This document shows positions 1 through 13,499 of a stretch of 64,000 nucleotides of DNA, piece by piece. Position 1 is the first letter of the stretch; every line of letters starts with the position of its first letter. The DNA is from Takakia lepidozioides (taxonomy: Eukaryota > Plantae > Bryophyta), in NCBI GenBank assembly GCA_030704615.1, contig CM060732.1, forward strand, positions 77,314,001 through 77,378,000, written 5' to 3'. A model generated the notes under the pieces. It saw only the letters and a program-made list of their open reading frames with translations. It searched no databases and was not told the origin of the DNA. The translations under genes and the position numbers were made by a program.

Positions 1-636
1 GTACTTCAAATTGCCTTCAGTGATTGTTGAAATAAGCACATGTTTCTCTTCTTGAAGCACCGCTTGATTGCTTGTGATTCCAATTGTCTTGCTCGCTTTC
101 GGGCTGCTACTGGAGTATGTAGCCGTATTATGCGATCACCAAACGTGGTGGCTGAAGCAAGTTGTAATGTAGTGGCCATTGCAGAAGTCTATGGAAACCA
201 TTGTAGTGAAAGTCGACATCTCAAAGTTGAAATCCATAAATTTGGCTGTGTTGTGGAGGACGATCACATTCTGTACAACATGAAGATGTGCCTACAGACA
301 CAATCAAGCGCAGGAAAATAAAGAAACTCGAGGGTGCGAGGAAGATTTTTTTTTTTGTCACACACGTGCAAAAGTGCCAAGTGGAATCCACTGGACGGGT
401 TTAGTTCCACGATGGTGCATGGAAATGGGTGGGAATGGATGTGACAATGGATATGACCCGTGGTCAAACCCATTTTCCAGATGACGTCATGTAAGGGGAA
501 TGGGTTTACATGGAAGGTAACCCTAAGCCCTGTCGCACGTTGAACTCATTCCTCTCTCCAATGGCATGCTCACCCTGATACTAGTGGCATGCTATCTTTA
601 GATCTGGTGGGCCTAGGTCAGTTTGTAATATGGAAA

Positions 637-747
637 AGCACATTTGGTGTTTCTAGGCTAGGATGGAAATGAAGTTGCTACTCACAACCGAACAACACAT
701 GTGGCGTTTCCAGCCTACCATGGAAATGAAGTTGCTACTCACAACCA
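637..747. repeat. Two-copy ~57 bp tandem repeat
   Basis: ATGGAAATGAAGTTGCTACTCACAACC occurs at ~663 and ~720, with similar preceding sequence. Confidence 0.8.
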
Positions 748-2599
748 GGCCAAATGACATGGCATGTTGTTGCTGTGGCAAACGGCAAGTTGGCTGCTTG
801 GTGGCATTATTGCCTCAGCAAAAGACCCGCCCAGTTGACAGATGGCTGTGCTAAGCCAGGTTTTTTCTGGGGCAAGCTTGCTTGTTGGCATTAATGCAAA
901 GACCCACCAAGTTTAGGGTTTCGTGCCTGTTTGGCGAGGCTCTGTTGGTCATGCCCCCAGCATGCTTGCAGCCATTTCGCCATGAATACTGATAGGTAGC
1001 AGTTTCCGGTGCTCTTTCGACCCATACAGGTACACTCAAATCACCTGTCCGCTTTCTCCATTTGGGCAAGAGGAAAACTGCCACCTGTCAATAATTACGT
1101 GACGGGCAGATTCGGACATTCTGCCCGTTCAAGACTGACGGGCTCGCCAAAATATACTCGCAGGCATCAGCTCACCATGTTCCATAGTATTTACCTGCAG
1201 CAATCCGCAGACAAATGTATGGGAGACATGAGATCCTCGAGCGGGAGAGTCGAAGCATGCAGAATGTTTTGAGCACACTCAGGCAGGTGGTCGAGGGTTA
1301 AGCAGGAATTGGACGCAGCTCGGACAAAACAGCATCAAACCTTTGAGAAATTACTTCATTTCTCTGTGCTGCCAGGCTTGCTGCCTATCGAGAGAGTTTG
1401 ATAGTTCGCACGGAGATTGAATACACGAGTTTTTGCTTTGGGTGTAGATTGATGCTTTTTCCTTGGACAAGAGGCATCTGAAGACAACAGCAGAGAATGT
1501 GTGTGAGTAGAGAATCTCGCTGCATGTGAAGAATATGTACCCAACACGTGGGTGGCGTCGGTTATATTGCACTGTGCAGCCTGGCCCCACCCTCAGTCCT
1601 TCCATCGCTCTTTCCTGTAATTCTTGGTTGCGTTGGCATGGGCATAAGTTTGATCGTCAACATCTGGCGGCTGCATGGTCGTGACAGTGGGCACCTACTA
1701 GAGTCTAACCACCTGGGACGTTGTCGTTGCAAGCAAATATTGTGACTAGCCACTGTGGTGTTGCCTCGATAGCCCACTTTCAGTGCACACGCCACACGTT
1801 TGGACCAGGACGAAGATCCTGCTGCGGAAACCCGCCACCAGACCATGACATACCAAAAAGCAAACATTTGGACGTTACATATAAATGAATACATTACGCT
1901 CACTCTGTGTGCTTGCCTGCTTTTGTGGAGGTTGAAGAGGTTACTAGTGAGGAGGTTCTAACTGTACTTGTAAGAGTTTCAGTGATGGAGCAATGAAGGC
2001 GAACTCTGACTTCCAATTCGCACTCTCAATTTCAGTCCTGTTTTGTTGGGCACCTAAGGCCAGACTCTTTGCGTTGAGCAGTAGGACGTGAAGCAAACTT
2101 CATCTTGGGCTTTGTCTAAGTTGTCTTATAGAAGCAATGTCTCAATAGGCACCTTTTCTTTGATTTCAAAATCCACGACTGTACAGTCCATTCAGAGGCT
2201 CAATGTTTGGCTTCTTCATGTAAAGAATGGAGAAATGTTCTAGTTTGCCTCGTTTCCCTATCACTTACCGCATATTTCTTGTAGAAATCGTAAGAATGGT
2301 TGAATAGTTGCAGAGGTGCTACATCTCTGCCTTCTTCCTTGAACCTGTGTATCTATCTGCATCTGAGAATCGAAGGGCCTTGATTCCTGTAGTTGGTCGT
2401 TCAATGGCTGCGAGGTTCACGAGTGAGTTGCAACTGAATTCGGGAGCCGCAACTGCAAGCAGCACCTAGAGATGAAGGATGTATCTGCAAGCACATTTTT
2501 CTCTATTTATTCTGCCTGAGCTCCAGGAGTGATCGTTTGGATTTGAATTGCTGCCTGCGAAGTTGAATCTTCACCTAGTTCTAAAGGTTGATAGTAAAA

Positions 2600-5500
2600 A
2601 TGGGGGCGATTGGAGATGCCAATGACATGGAGCGGGCCGTAAGTGAGCTTCAACATCCTTTACTAACGAGTACTAGGGACGAACCTCCCAAGCATGCAAC
2701 GAAGCGCGGACATCGCGGGAAGCACAGAAGCCACCATAGATCAACGACGGAAGCTCCACCAAGTGTTGCATTCGCAATAATTGCTACACTCGTAGTTGCT
2801 TTGGGTCCTTTAACGATGGGGTTCTCGGTACGTCCACTCCTTGTTCTGGCTGTGTAAAAGAGGAAACAGTTATGCTTGACAGGTCTTTCATGTCGCAGAT
2901 AGAAAATTCTGGCGATCATCCTGACATCTAGTGGTAGTCCTTCTTACATGCTGATGTTGATCTTGCCTCTTCTTCTGTTAGTTATCTCTGAAGTCTTCAC
3001 TTTCTGTGCTATCTGCCTTCCAGGTGCTCTTCTCTTTAGTGTTGAAGGCAGGTTGGGCTGATCTTATTGATTTCAGAAAATTCTATCCAAATTGAAGGCC
3101 GGTAGAGAGACTTGTGCTTGTCAGGAACTAGAATACCCGCTGTATTTGAGACTCTGGTAGAGCTGCACAATCCCTTGTGTCTTGCAAATAGGGGCATGTA
3201 TAACATGTCAACTGACAGTCCACATGCTTCCTTTACAGAGTGGCACAATTAGAAAATGTAGCAGTTCTATTGAATTTGGTGCATTATGATGATTGGCAGC
3301 TTGGATACACATCGCCAACACAATCAGCAATGACAGAAGACCTTCACTTGACCGTTTCTGAGGTAATTTCTGTACATATGAGTTTGTGTTCACAGTAGCA
3401 CCAGAAACTTTGACAAATTTGTTTGCTCAGTTCTCAGCTCGGTTTTTATAGCCAGGGTGGTGCCTAACTAGGATGCCATTGTCTTGCAGTTTTCAACATT
3501 TGGCTCAATTCTGAATGTGGGAGCCATGCTCGGTGCAATTGCAAGTGGTCGAGTTGCCGACACACTTGGCCGGAAAGGGGTGTGTTTCCTCAACCAAACT
3601 TTTATGTTGCTTTCTCGAATCCAATTTTGGGTTGTTGAAGTTGGAATGGACTGTATACGAATTTATGTTCATGATCTTATCAGTTGACTTCTCAGTTCAA
3701 AAGCATATTTTAATTACCGGTGATGGGCATGGGGGACCAGGCGTTGATGGTGGCATTGGTGCCTGAGATGGTTGGCTGGCTCCTCATCGTATTGGCCCAT
3801 GTGAACCCTCTAACTCTTTCTATTCCTCCTTCACTTGTAATAGTAGCTATTGTGCCGTGATATACCTCCATAGATCATGAAGTGCAATTCCAACTTCCAA
3901 GAGGTCGGGCTACATGTAAGGTGTGAAGCAAAAAGTGATGGACCCTGGAGACAAATTAAGTTCATTAGTATGTCCATGGTATTTTGGTAACAAATCCATT
4001 TGGCACTGATTGGCGCACTTCATGTTTGAGACCAGCTAGAGTGAACTCACCAAATTGGAGAGGTTTTTGGAGCCTTTACACTTGGCGTAAACTTCTCTTC
4101 CATCTTTATGGATATGTTTAATGTCTTCAGGTTGCCAACAACAGCTGTATTGGAAATCTAAGTTGCACGAGTGTATTGGTCATTGAAAGAGGTAACTGAC
4201 AAGTGAACTGTTGTGGTGCAGACTCCCATAAAATTAATTATCGCCAGAGTCCTTGTCGGCTTTGGTGTGGGCATCATCTCCTTCACGGTAAGTTTGTGTG
4301 AAACACCAGAAACTCATGTAGCTTGATGTTGAAGTTCCTGAATTGCTAGTGAGAGCTTGTGTAGTGAGCTCATGAAACATGCACATCACAAGCATTTTTC
4401 TATTTTGCTCTTTGAGTGTGTGCATGGCATGGCAGGCGTTTCTTCTTTGTAGATATCACCTGGGTTGCTGCAAGTAGCACTCCCATTGATTGGTAAAGGT
4501 TCAGTTGGTGACGGCGATGTCTTTCAGACACGAGGCTGGCACTAGTAAAAGTACATTGGAATGGATTATCCTTTCGTTCTTGAATCCAAATAGCGTAGTG
4601 ATGAAGGAAAGTTCACATGTTGCTTGAATAACACCAAACCTGGTGGACACTTTGCAGGTGCCCATGTACATAGGGGAGATAGCACCCCGGCATCTTCGGG
4701 GTAGACTGGGAACCGCACATCAGGTAAGTCAAGTTCATTTTTGTGATACACCTGATATACTTTAATACTAATAATAATAACCTTGCACAAAACTGACACT
4801 GGTGCTCCTGTGGTAAAATTGATCAGCTTGCAGTCACAATTGGTGTGCTGCTGGCATATCTTTGCGGGATTTTTGTGAACTGGCGCACGCTTGCTGTTTT
4901 AGGTACTTGTTGAAGTCGACATTTTTGTTAGTAGAACTTCACATCCTTGGATTGGAGGGTCATGGTATACATTAGTGGAGTAAAGTGTGTTTCTTTCTTC
5001 CCAAAAAAACCTGGTCTTCTTTAGGTGAGCACTTCAACAGTTAGCGCGTCTTATTTTTTGAAGTCTGTGCAAGGATTTGTAGGCAGGGTCCTTATCATAT
5101 TGCTTCCCAAGTGTGATGGATTGAGGATATGATTCGTGCAATGTTCAGTGCAAAAACCGGATGCAGATGCCGTAGAATGGGTTTGATTTCTCTTGCAGAT
5201 TAAGGGTAAAGGGAGAGCGAGAAAGGGTTTTAAATGACACGACAGGTAGGAATAACTTGTCTCATACGTGGGGCATGCAGGAGCCTTGCCAGAATTGGTG
5301 TTGGCAATTGGCCTCCTCTTCATTCCTGAAAGTCCGCGGTGGCTGGTAAGTATTTATCTCTTGCTTACAGGTCAGTTTCAGCAACCATCAGAAGTTACAA
5401 TGTAAAGGGGAAAGAGGGAAACTTAGTATTAGGCCAAAAAATGGAGTTTCAGTTAAGTGTCTGCAATGTGGGCAGGCTAAAGTTGGGCGAAAAGAGGAGC

Positions 5501-8500
5501 TTTCTTCATCTCTACAGAAACTACGTGGCAAAGACCACGACATCTCCAATGAAATCATGGAGATTCAGGTGTGTGCATTTTCACCTGACCTGTGCTTTGG
5601 ATGCTAAGCACTTTCAGCCCATATAGGCATTGTTAATGGTTTCTGAGAAGAAAAGAGAGGGAATCATTTAGCCTTCTTCTCTTCATTTTTCCGTGTCTCT
5701 GCTGCGCCAAATTTCACATTTGTGTCAGTTCTGATTGTAATCAAATACAGTGATAACCCTCTTATTAGCTCGATAAATTTCCTAAGAGTCGACTCTTTCA
5801 CTCAGTAACGGTTCCCTGCTATTGTGCAGACTGGTTGGTAAGAGAAAGCTCCAGCTTGCTCTGGATGGGTGGTGCTGATGCACAGGTTGATGAGTAATGG
5901 GTGCAGGCTGTAGTGGAAGCCTCTTTCTCAATTCCCAGTGTGAGATGGATTGATCTAATGCACCGCAAGCTGCTTCGTCCCCTTATTGTAAGCTACCACA
6001 TTTATTCGTGTCCACTAGCATCAAGGGAATGTACTTTTGGTTGTGCAGTCTTAATTTAGATATTTGAACTTCATCAGTTGTCTGGCTAGGTTTGTGATTT
6101 ATGAGGGGTGGAGGAGGTAGGTGTTGATTTGGTACATTTGTACTATGGGTCAACAGCTGATGGGTATACTCTGGGGCTGAAGGCTGGTGTAGGCTTAATG
6201 GTCCTTCAACAATTCTCAGGAGTTAACGCTGTGATGCTGTACTCAAGTCATATTTTTTCAACAGCTGGTAAGGTTTCTATCCATCATGTTTGTTTGCAAC
6301 TGTCACTTCGCTCATTTTCAATCTGTTTACAATTTGTGCAGTTTCTCTTACAAGTAGGTAACTGGCTTTATCACTATCTTTCTTGCTGAGGCATAGTAGA
6401 CATGCACATTTTAAACTGTTATCAAGATATGTCAAAGAAATTACAAGGAGGTATCATGAATTATTCCCGTAACGGTCTACTTGTGGTATGTGTAAAATTC
6501 AGGTGTTTCAAATCCCAGTGTGGCCTCGCTTGCTTTGGCCTCCCTGCAGGTACTCCATCATATCTTTGTGCAAACATGTTGTCTATGGGAGCACTCTACT
6601 ATTCTACGGCTCAAAATTTCCAAACATTTCCCTCCCTCCAAATACAAATTGTTGGATGAACTAGATTATATACACTTTCATACATCATATGTTAGCTCTT
6701 TTGGCAGTCTTTCTCCTCCCCTAAACAGACAATCTAATACAACTTTTATGTTACTGAAGGTGCATGGTACTTATTAGACACTTGACACTTGGTGGCAGCT
6801 GGCGATGACATTTGTAGCAGCAGGATTGATGGACAAGGCTGGACGACGTATCTTGCTCATGGTAAGCTGTGTGTCCATCATATCCATGATTGCAGAATTT
6901 ATATTGTTATCCCTGTTTTGGTATGCCATGCAATCTAAGAAGATTTGGTGCAAGAAGGAAGTTGCTGGTCACAAGTTGTATGTGTGGCTGATGTTGTGGT
7001 TGCATGGAGTGTGTGTGCAGGTGTCTGCAGGAGGCATGGCCCTTACGAGTTTTCTTGTTGGTTTGTCCTTCTATTTACGAGTAAGGTTCTCCATCTTCTG
7101 TCTCTCTCATCACACACTTTTAGCAGAAACCTGAGGAATAGGAGAATAATATGGAGACAAACATTCTTTCCCTCTTTATTTTCCTTAGTATGGCCTATGA
7201 CTGAATCCATATGGCAATCTGCATCGGTCATAAGGGTCTCCAACAGGCTAAGAAACTCAGCCTCATTTGGAACTTCACACAAGTCCCTGCCGTACGTGAT
7301 AGGAGTTACAACAGTTCCTTACAGTGCGTGTACGTTGCGCTTGCACTTAAATATTCAAGTTGTTACCTCAGTTGCTTCTCCTTCCTATTATTCATCTTAT
7401 ATCTGAAGGGCTTGGTGCTAGGTGACAGTGTTGCTGACAGTAGGTTGTTTTGGTGTTGCAGGGTCTAGACCATATGTCATCATCCATGGATATCTTCATT
7501 CGTATGCTTGCGCTGATTAGCCTGCTGGTAAGTAGCTTGCCTTTCTTATGCTTTGTTTCTTGAATACAACACAATCTGCATCCAAGGCCTACTCTGAATG
7601 TCCATCAGGTGTTAATAATCTGATTTAGAGCAGAGAAGGCTTGAAGGGGGAAGCAAGATGCCGGGAATCAGTTGTTTATCTCCTCCTCACAAGTACTATC
7701 TTGGAAACTGTCCAGCATTGTCGTATATATATTTGATTCCTATGGTGGGTCTGCAGGTATATACTGCAGCATTCTCATTAGGCATGGGGGCTATTCCCTG
7801 GATCATTATGTCCGAGGTACGCTCCTGGCTTTTCAAGTTAGTGTTGGTTGAACGTACTTGAGTTTGAAGTCTCTTGTGGCTGAAAAGTGCAGGTCAATTT
7901 TGACACTTAAGTCCACATGATGACAAGGAGGTGTGGGTGTGTTGGTGGGGTATAGATTTTCCCAGCGCATGTGAAAGGGATGGCAGGTAGTTTCGCAACT
8001 CTGGTCAACTGGTTGTGCTCCTATGCTGTCACAATGGTATTCAACTCCTTGCTCCTGTGGAGTTCTGCAGGTATACTCCTCTGCAGATGAACACGTTTGT
8101 CAAATTTCCTTCTTTTGATCTCCTTTTCTGAACTTGAGTTGGTAATAATTAGATAGCATACGCTGTCGTGGTTGTTCTCCTTGGTGTAGAAGATGCAGAA
8201 ACTATTGAAGGTTCAGCATGCACTGGTTCTGTTTATATGGGGCTGATGATTTGGGAGCATGTAATGAAGAATGATAGCAATGTGTCTGTAGAAGTGACAT
8301 ACTTTCTCACATGGCAGTAGGAACTGAACTGTTCTTTTAAGTGTTCATATGAAAGAAAAGCACTGGTGGCTTTGGTTACTGATATCATGGAGATTCAACT
8401 GTTGTTAGTGGGAAGGCATCCAACCCTGGCCTTCCCTTCGTCGTCCAAAGCAGGAATGGATGTTCAACAAATTCTGTCCTGAGTTATGACTGACATACAA

Positions 8501-8727
8501 AAGGACATGAGCACTAGGGATGATGTCACCAGCAGTACAATTTTCAACTGCAATATTGAAGATAAAATCTATCTGCAAACTTTTGTCACTGACAGTGCTC
8601 AATTCTGAGTGCAGGGTCCTTCTGGATGTTTGGAGCAGAGTGCTTAGCCACAGTAGTATTTGTAATGCTTTATGTGCCAGAAACTCGAGGTCGGACCCTG
8701 GAGCAAATTGAAGCTTCATTCGGCTAA
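2600..8727 (+). CDS. ERD6-like (ESL) MFS sugar transporter, 18 exons
   Basis: Exons joined at GT-AG sites (approx. 2600-2827, 3300-3362, 3490-3579, 3741-3800, 4222-4287, 4658-4723, 4827-4902, 5281-5345, 5476-5568, 5907-5987, 6183-6267, 6503-6549, 6799-6861, 7021-7080, 7462-7527, 7757-7816, 7956-8070, 8615-8727). Motifs: [90 protein letters not shown]. Confidence 0.93.
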
Positions 8728-10307
8728 GAGAGAGAAAAAAGGAGTGCATTCCAACCTACTTGTGTGAAGATCAGTCTTCAGTGTGGTGGATTGATCACAG
8801 TTGCAGTGATGCATGAAAGGCAGCCAGAAGATCCACGAGCTTACCACCCACGAAGCTAACGACATTGTCCCACTTCAATGATGTTTGGTTGTAGTAGTTT
8901 TTGCCACAGTTTCAGCCAAGCTGAGCAAGAGGTAGTTTCGTAGTTTCCTCTTATTCTCGCCAACCATGAGCAAGGCTCCGGGGCTGCAAAGAGAACTCTA
9001 TGGGAAGTGGTTTAAGAATCACTGCAAGCAAGGAGTCAAAGGTTATTCATGTGATGAAGAACAATGGCACAAAATACTGCAGACAGCGGGCTCACAATGA
9101 GTTTTATCACTCGTACCGTGAGACATGAACAGTTTCCTCTGTACTGAGATATTTTGCACTCGGAGCTGTTCTTCTTCATTGTTCGCCATATGTAGCGTAT
9201 CTGTAACCGTCAGGGTGGAAATTTTCATAATAAGCGCAGCTATTGCCTGAATTTCATACAACCCACCGCGGGATTTACCAAGTGTTCTTTTCGCGTAGAC
9301 CACCCTCAGTCCCAACCTTTTCTGTTGTTCGCAGCATATGAGCATACCCAATGTATGGACTCTCCTTCTAAGGATTGCTCGACTAGATGTTGGTCACAGC
9401 TTTGCAACATTCTAGTGAGATCATCACAGGTTCTCTTTTAGGAAGTTTATGGTATATTATACTGGGTCATGCTTCAGAATTACTGCCTGGCTTTCTCCCT
9501 GTATAAGACTGATCCGGGTATGAGGACCAGGGGACCTCCAATTGGGAATACTGCTGACCGTGTGGTTGTTGTGTCTGAGATTGACAGTTCACAAGTCATC
9601 TAGCGCTGCTGTGTTTTCTTTCTGGAAAACGTCTTGTGATGTTGACCAACACTGGCAGCACAGTTATGTGTTCAGAATCTGACAACTAATTTAAGGCAAT
9701 CTCTCATCTGCCTCTGTATCCTTTTGCCTCTAGATTGGCAGCATTGCCTGCTACAACTTTAACAGCAGTGGACTCGCCACAATTTCAGATTTGTGTACAC
9801 ATACTTCAGTTATCAATACGGAGCTTCTATGTCTTTAGCGTACACTCATTCTGTGTGAGGGGTCCTATGTGGACCTCCTGACCAACAACAACAAGCGTCC
9901 CAAATCGGGCTACCAAACAGACGTGAATACACTCATCAATTGACATCCATGGAGAACTGCACCGCCACAATCAGGCACTTCGGAAGCGACGTCTGTGAGT
10001 GACCATGTGTAAGCTTTCTTTGCTCTCTTCCGCACTCTCTCACTATCGCTCTTTCACCACGGCCCAATTCGAAACCTACTTACATTGAAGTGACGATTGA
10101 GAGTCTGGGCTCCAGAAAATACAAACGTATGATTTGCAAATTAGGGTTTGGAGGCCCTCCAAATTGCTACAAGGGATAGAGATTGCTGCTGCTTAGTAAA
10201 GGGAGCTTAGTCGGGCCCAGTTCAATGAGTCAGTTACAGTGGATAGCAACCATCCTACACACTGGAAGTCAGCATTGCAGATTTGAAAAGCTGGAGAAGG
10301 TGCAGCC

Positions 10308-12715
10308 ATGTCAGTGTTGTTTGGAAATGCTCGAGAAGGAGCTGCCGTGGCAGCGGGTGTAATGAGCATAGTACGCCTGGCATCCTGTACATGTTCTCTT
10401 GGCACCTTGGGGTGGCCTCAGAAGCCTCCTCGAGGCTACGCTGTCTCAGAGTTTCACAGACGTGTGGGCTGTGCACGCTGTACGGAATCCATGTGCATTT
10501 CCCGGACAGCATTGCAGTGGGATTTGTTTCGGACAGTTTCAAGCCGATTGCTGGTGGGTGGAGAACAGTAGAGGAAGACCAAGTTCATGTACAGGAGGAT
10601 GAGCAAGGATGCCACATACGTAAATATCTAAAGAAGCTTTGGAACGAATATTTGGCAGAAAATAGAGAAAGGGAGAAGCTTTGGAAGGAACATTTTGCAA
10701 ACCCAAGTCCATGGTGGGTCAATCGAGGCAGACAGATTCATTCTAGAGGACCAGATTTCAAGTTCAAGAGGGGTCTCGAGGGTCTACGGATTGGTAGCTA
10801 TAAGAAACCGCTATGTGTGGATGGGCAATTGAAAGCTGCAACACAGTTGTGGGAGTCAGGCACCCGCACCATGACGAACGATGATGAAAGATGTGGGGAT
10901 GTGAGGACACTATGTAAGGGAGGACAACTGAAGGAGGCGTTGCAGATTTTGAAGCAAGAAGGCATTTCCGCTGACTCCAATACTTATGTCTGTCTCTTGC
11001 AGCAGTGCATCAAGATGAAATGCCTAGCAGAGGGAAAACAGGTGCATGCCCACATTGTCCACAGTGGGTTCGAGCCAGACATCTTTCTGCACAACACCCT
11101 CATCGATATGTACGCCAAGTGCGGGAGCGTTGTGGATGCACGCCGAGTATTTGACAAAATGCTTCAACGAGGTTTGGTTACCTGGACTACCAATGATAGC
11201 AGGATATGCCAAGCAGGGATATTGTAGGGAGGCCTTCGAGACCTATGAGCAAATGATTCGGGAAGGGGTGAAGCCCAACCAGGTCACGTTCGTTTGCGTT
11301 CTCAAGGCGTGTGCCAGCATGGCAGCTCTGGAAAAAGGCGAAAAAGTCCATGCTGACATTATGAGAGCTGGAATTGTTCCAAATATCATCTTGGACACTA
11401 CCCTTGTGGACATGTATGCCAAATGTGGAAGCATCCAGGATGCGAAAGGAGTGTTCAACAATATGGCTGAACAAAATTTGGTATCTTGGAATGCAATGAT
11501 CACATGATTCGCCCAGCATGGGTGTGGGATGGAGGCTATTGAAGCCTATGAGCAGATGATACGGAAAGGGGTGAAGCACAACCAAGTCACGTTCGTTTGC
11601 GTTCTCAAGGCGTGTGTGAGCGTGATGGCCCTGGAAATGGGCAAAAAGGTCCATGCTGACATTGTGAAAGCTGGGATTGTGCCAAATATCATCTTGGACA
11701 CTACCCTTGTGGACATGTATGCCAAATGTGGGAGCATTGAGGATGCAAAGGGAGTGTTCGAGAGGATGCCTGAAAGAAATGTGGTGTCATGGAGTGCGAT
11801 GATGGCTGGGTATGCCCAGCATGGGCGTGGGCTTGAGGCCTTGGAGACCTATGAGCAAATGATACAGGCAAGGGTGAATCCTGACCAAGTCACATATGTT
11901 TCCATCTGCAATGCATGTGGCAGCCTGGCAGCCTTGGAAAAAGGCAAAGAGGTCCATGCTGACATTGTGAAAGCTGGAATTGTAGGAAGCATAACTTTAG
12001 ACAATACCATTGTGGACATGTATGCCAAATGCGGGAGCATCGAGGATGCAAAGGAAGTTTTCAACAATATGGCTGAACGAAATGTGGTGTCATGGAGTGT
12101 GATGATTGCAGGTCATTCCCATCATGGGCGTAGGATGGAGGCTTTGGAGACCTATGAGAAAATGATGAGGGAAGGGGTGAAGCCTGACCAGGTCACATTT
12201 ATTTGTGTTTGCAATGCTTGTGAACTCTGGAGCTCTGGAACAAGCCAAAGAGGTGCATGCTGATATCATGAATTCGGGGATTGTGCCAAATATCATCTTG
12301 GACACTACCCTCATGGACATGTATGCCAAATGTGGGAGCATCGAGAATGCAAAGGAAGTGTTCAACAATATGGCTGAACGAGATGTGGTGTCATGGAACG
12401 CTATGATGAAAGGGTATACCCAGCAGGGGTGTGCGATGGAGGCTTTGGAGACCTATGAGCAAATGATATGGGAAGGGGTGAAGCCCAACCAGGTCACATT
12501 TGTTTGTGTTTGCAATGCGTGTGCCAGCCTGGCAACCCTGGAGAAAGGCAAAGAGGTCCATGCTGACATCATGAAAGCTGGAATTGTACCAGATATGATT
12601 TTGAGCAATACCCTTCTGGACATGTATGCCAAATGTGGGAGCATTGAGATAGCAAAGGGAGTGTTCAAAAACATGGTTGAACAAGATGTGGTATCATGGA
12701 ACACGATGATCACAG
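10308..12715 (+). pseudogene. PLS-class PPR pseudogene with N-terminal PDF-like motif, truncated before E/DYW
   Basis: Repeated MYAKCGS / VVSW..MIAGY / VTFVCV..AC triplets; frameshift at ~11190, in-frame TGA at 11505, frameshift at ~12225, abrupt loss of PPR similarity at ~12715. Confidence 0.9.
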
Positions 12716-13499
12716 CCCTCCAAGAGCCCCTTGTGGGTCCCCCCACCAGGGGGTGGAATGGAAACTCAGCCTGAAAATGAGCTCTCGTATAACTGGTTAC
12801 AGGCTATAATTGTTGATGAACAGTGTTGATCTCGATCGTGCTCGAAAACAAAACGCGGATGCCTGTACTGCTGTATCAGCTCCTAATTTGGCCATGGATG
12901 TGACACCTGGCTGTTGTTGGGCAGCACAGTCATTTTCAAAGTGAGAGAGAGTACATATCCTGCAGGGAGAGGGTGCCAGGTGAGTGTTTTATGCAGGGGG
13001 TCTTCTTCATATGTTCCAGAACCTGGGAAAGACAGGTTGGATTGTTTTTATCCCCTCATATATTTTCCTGTCTTTATGTGTTCTCTAATCATGTTCTCTA
13101 CCTAACCAAAATCGTGTGACCATGTCTAGTTGTTGTGCTCATATTGGTCTCGTGGTTTCGGTCATGTTTTCGGTCTTTGCCTAGATCCTAACCATCTGGC
13201 ACACGTATACAGTGTTTATTGATGAAAGCACAAACAAAAATGAGCAGTCAAGGCCAGGAATCCCTTGGCAAATACATGGGGTGTTTGGTTATTAACTTAA
13301 GTTGTTGTGGTCTGTGGCAGTGCCACGGCACAATCTATGTGCAATTTGCAATGCAACAAGGCACGTTTCTCTCAGTCTCCATTTTAGAGAATGTTAAGAT
13401 GTGAGTAGTGAAAGTCCTTATCATTATACTTTTGAGTGCCATACATGAGGAAGTCATGTGGATTGCATGAGTATGGGGACAGCACTGACAGTTTGTAGT

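Noticed and set aside
11505-11507. Premature stops in PPR/F-box genes possibly repaired by U-to-C editing
   Set aside because: These are nuclear genes with frameshifts as well; this TGA replaces GGA (Gly), which U-to-C editing cannot restore.
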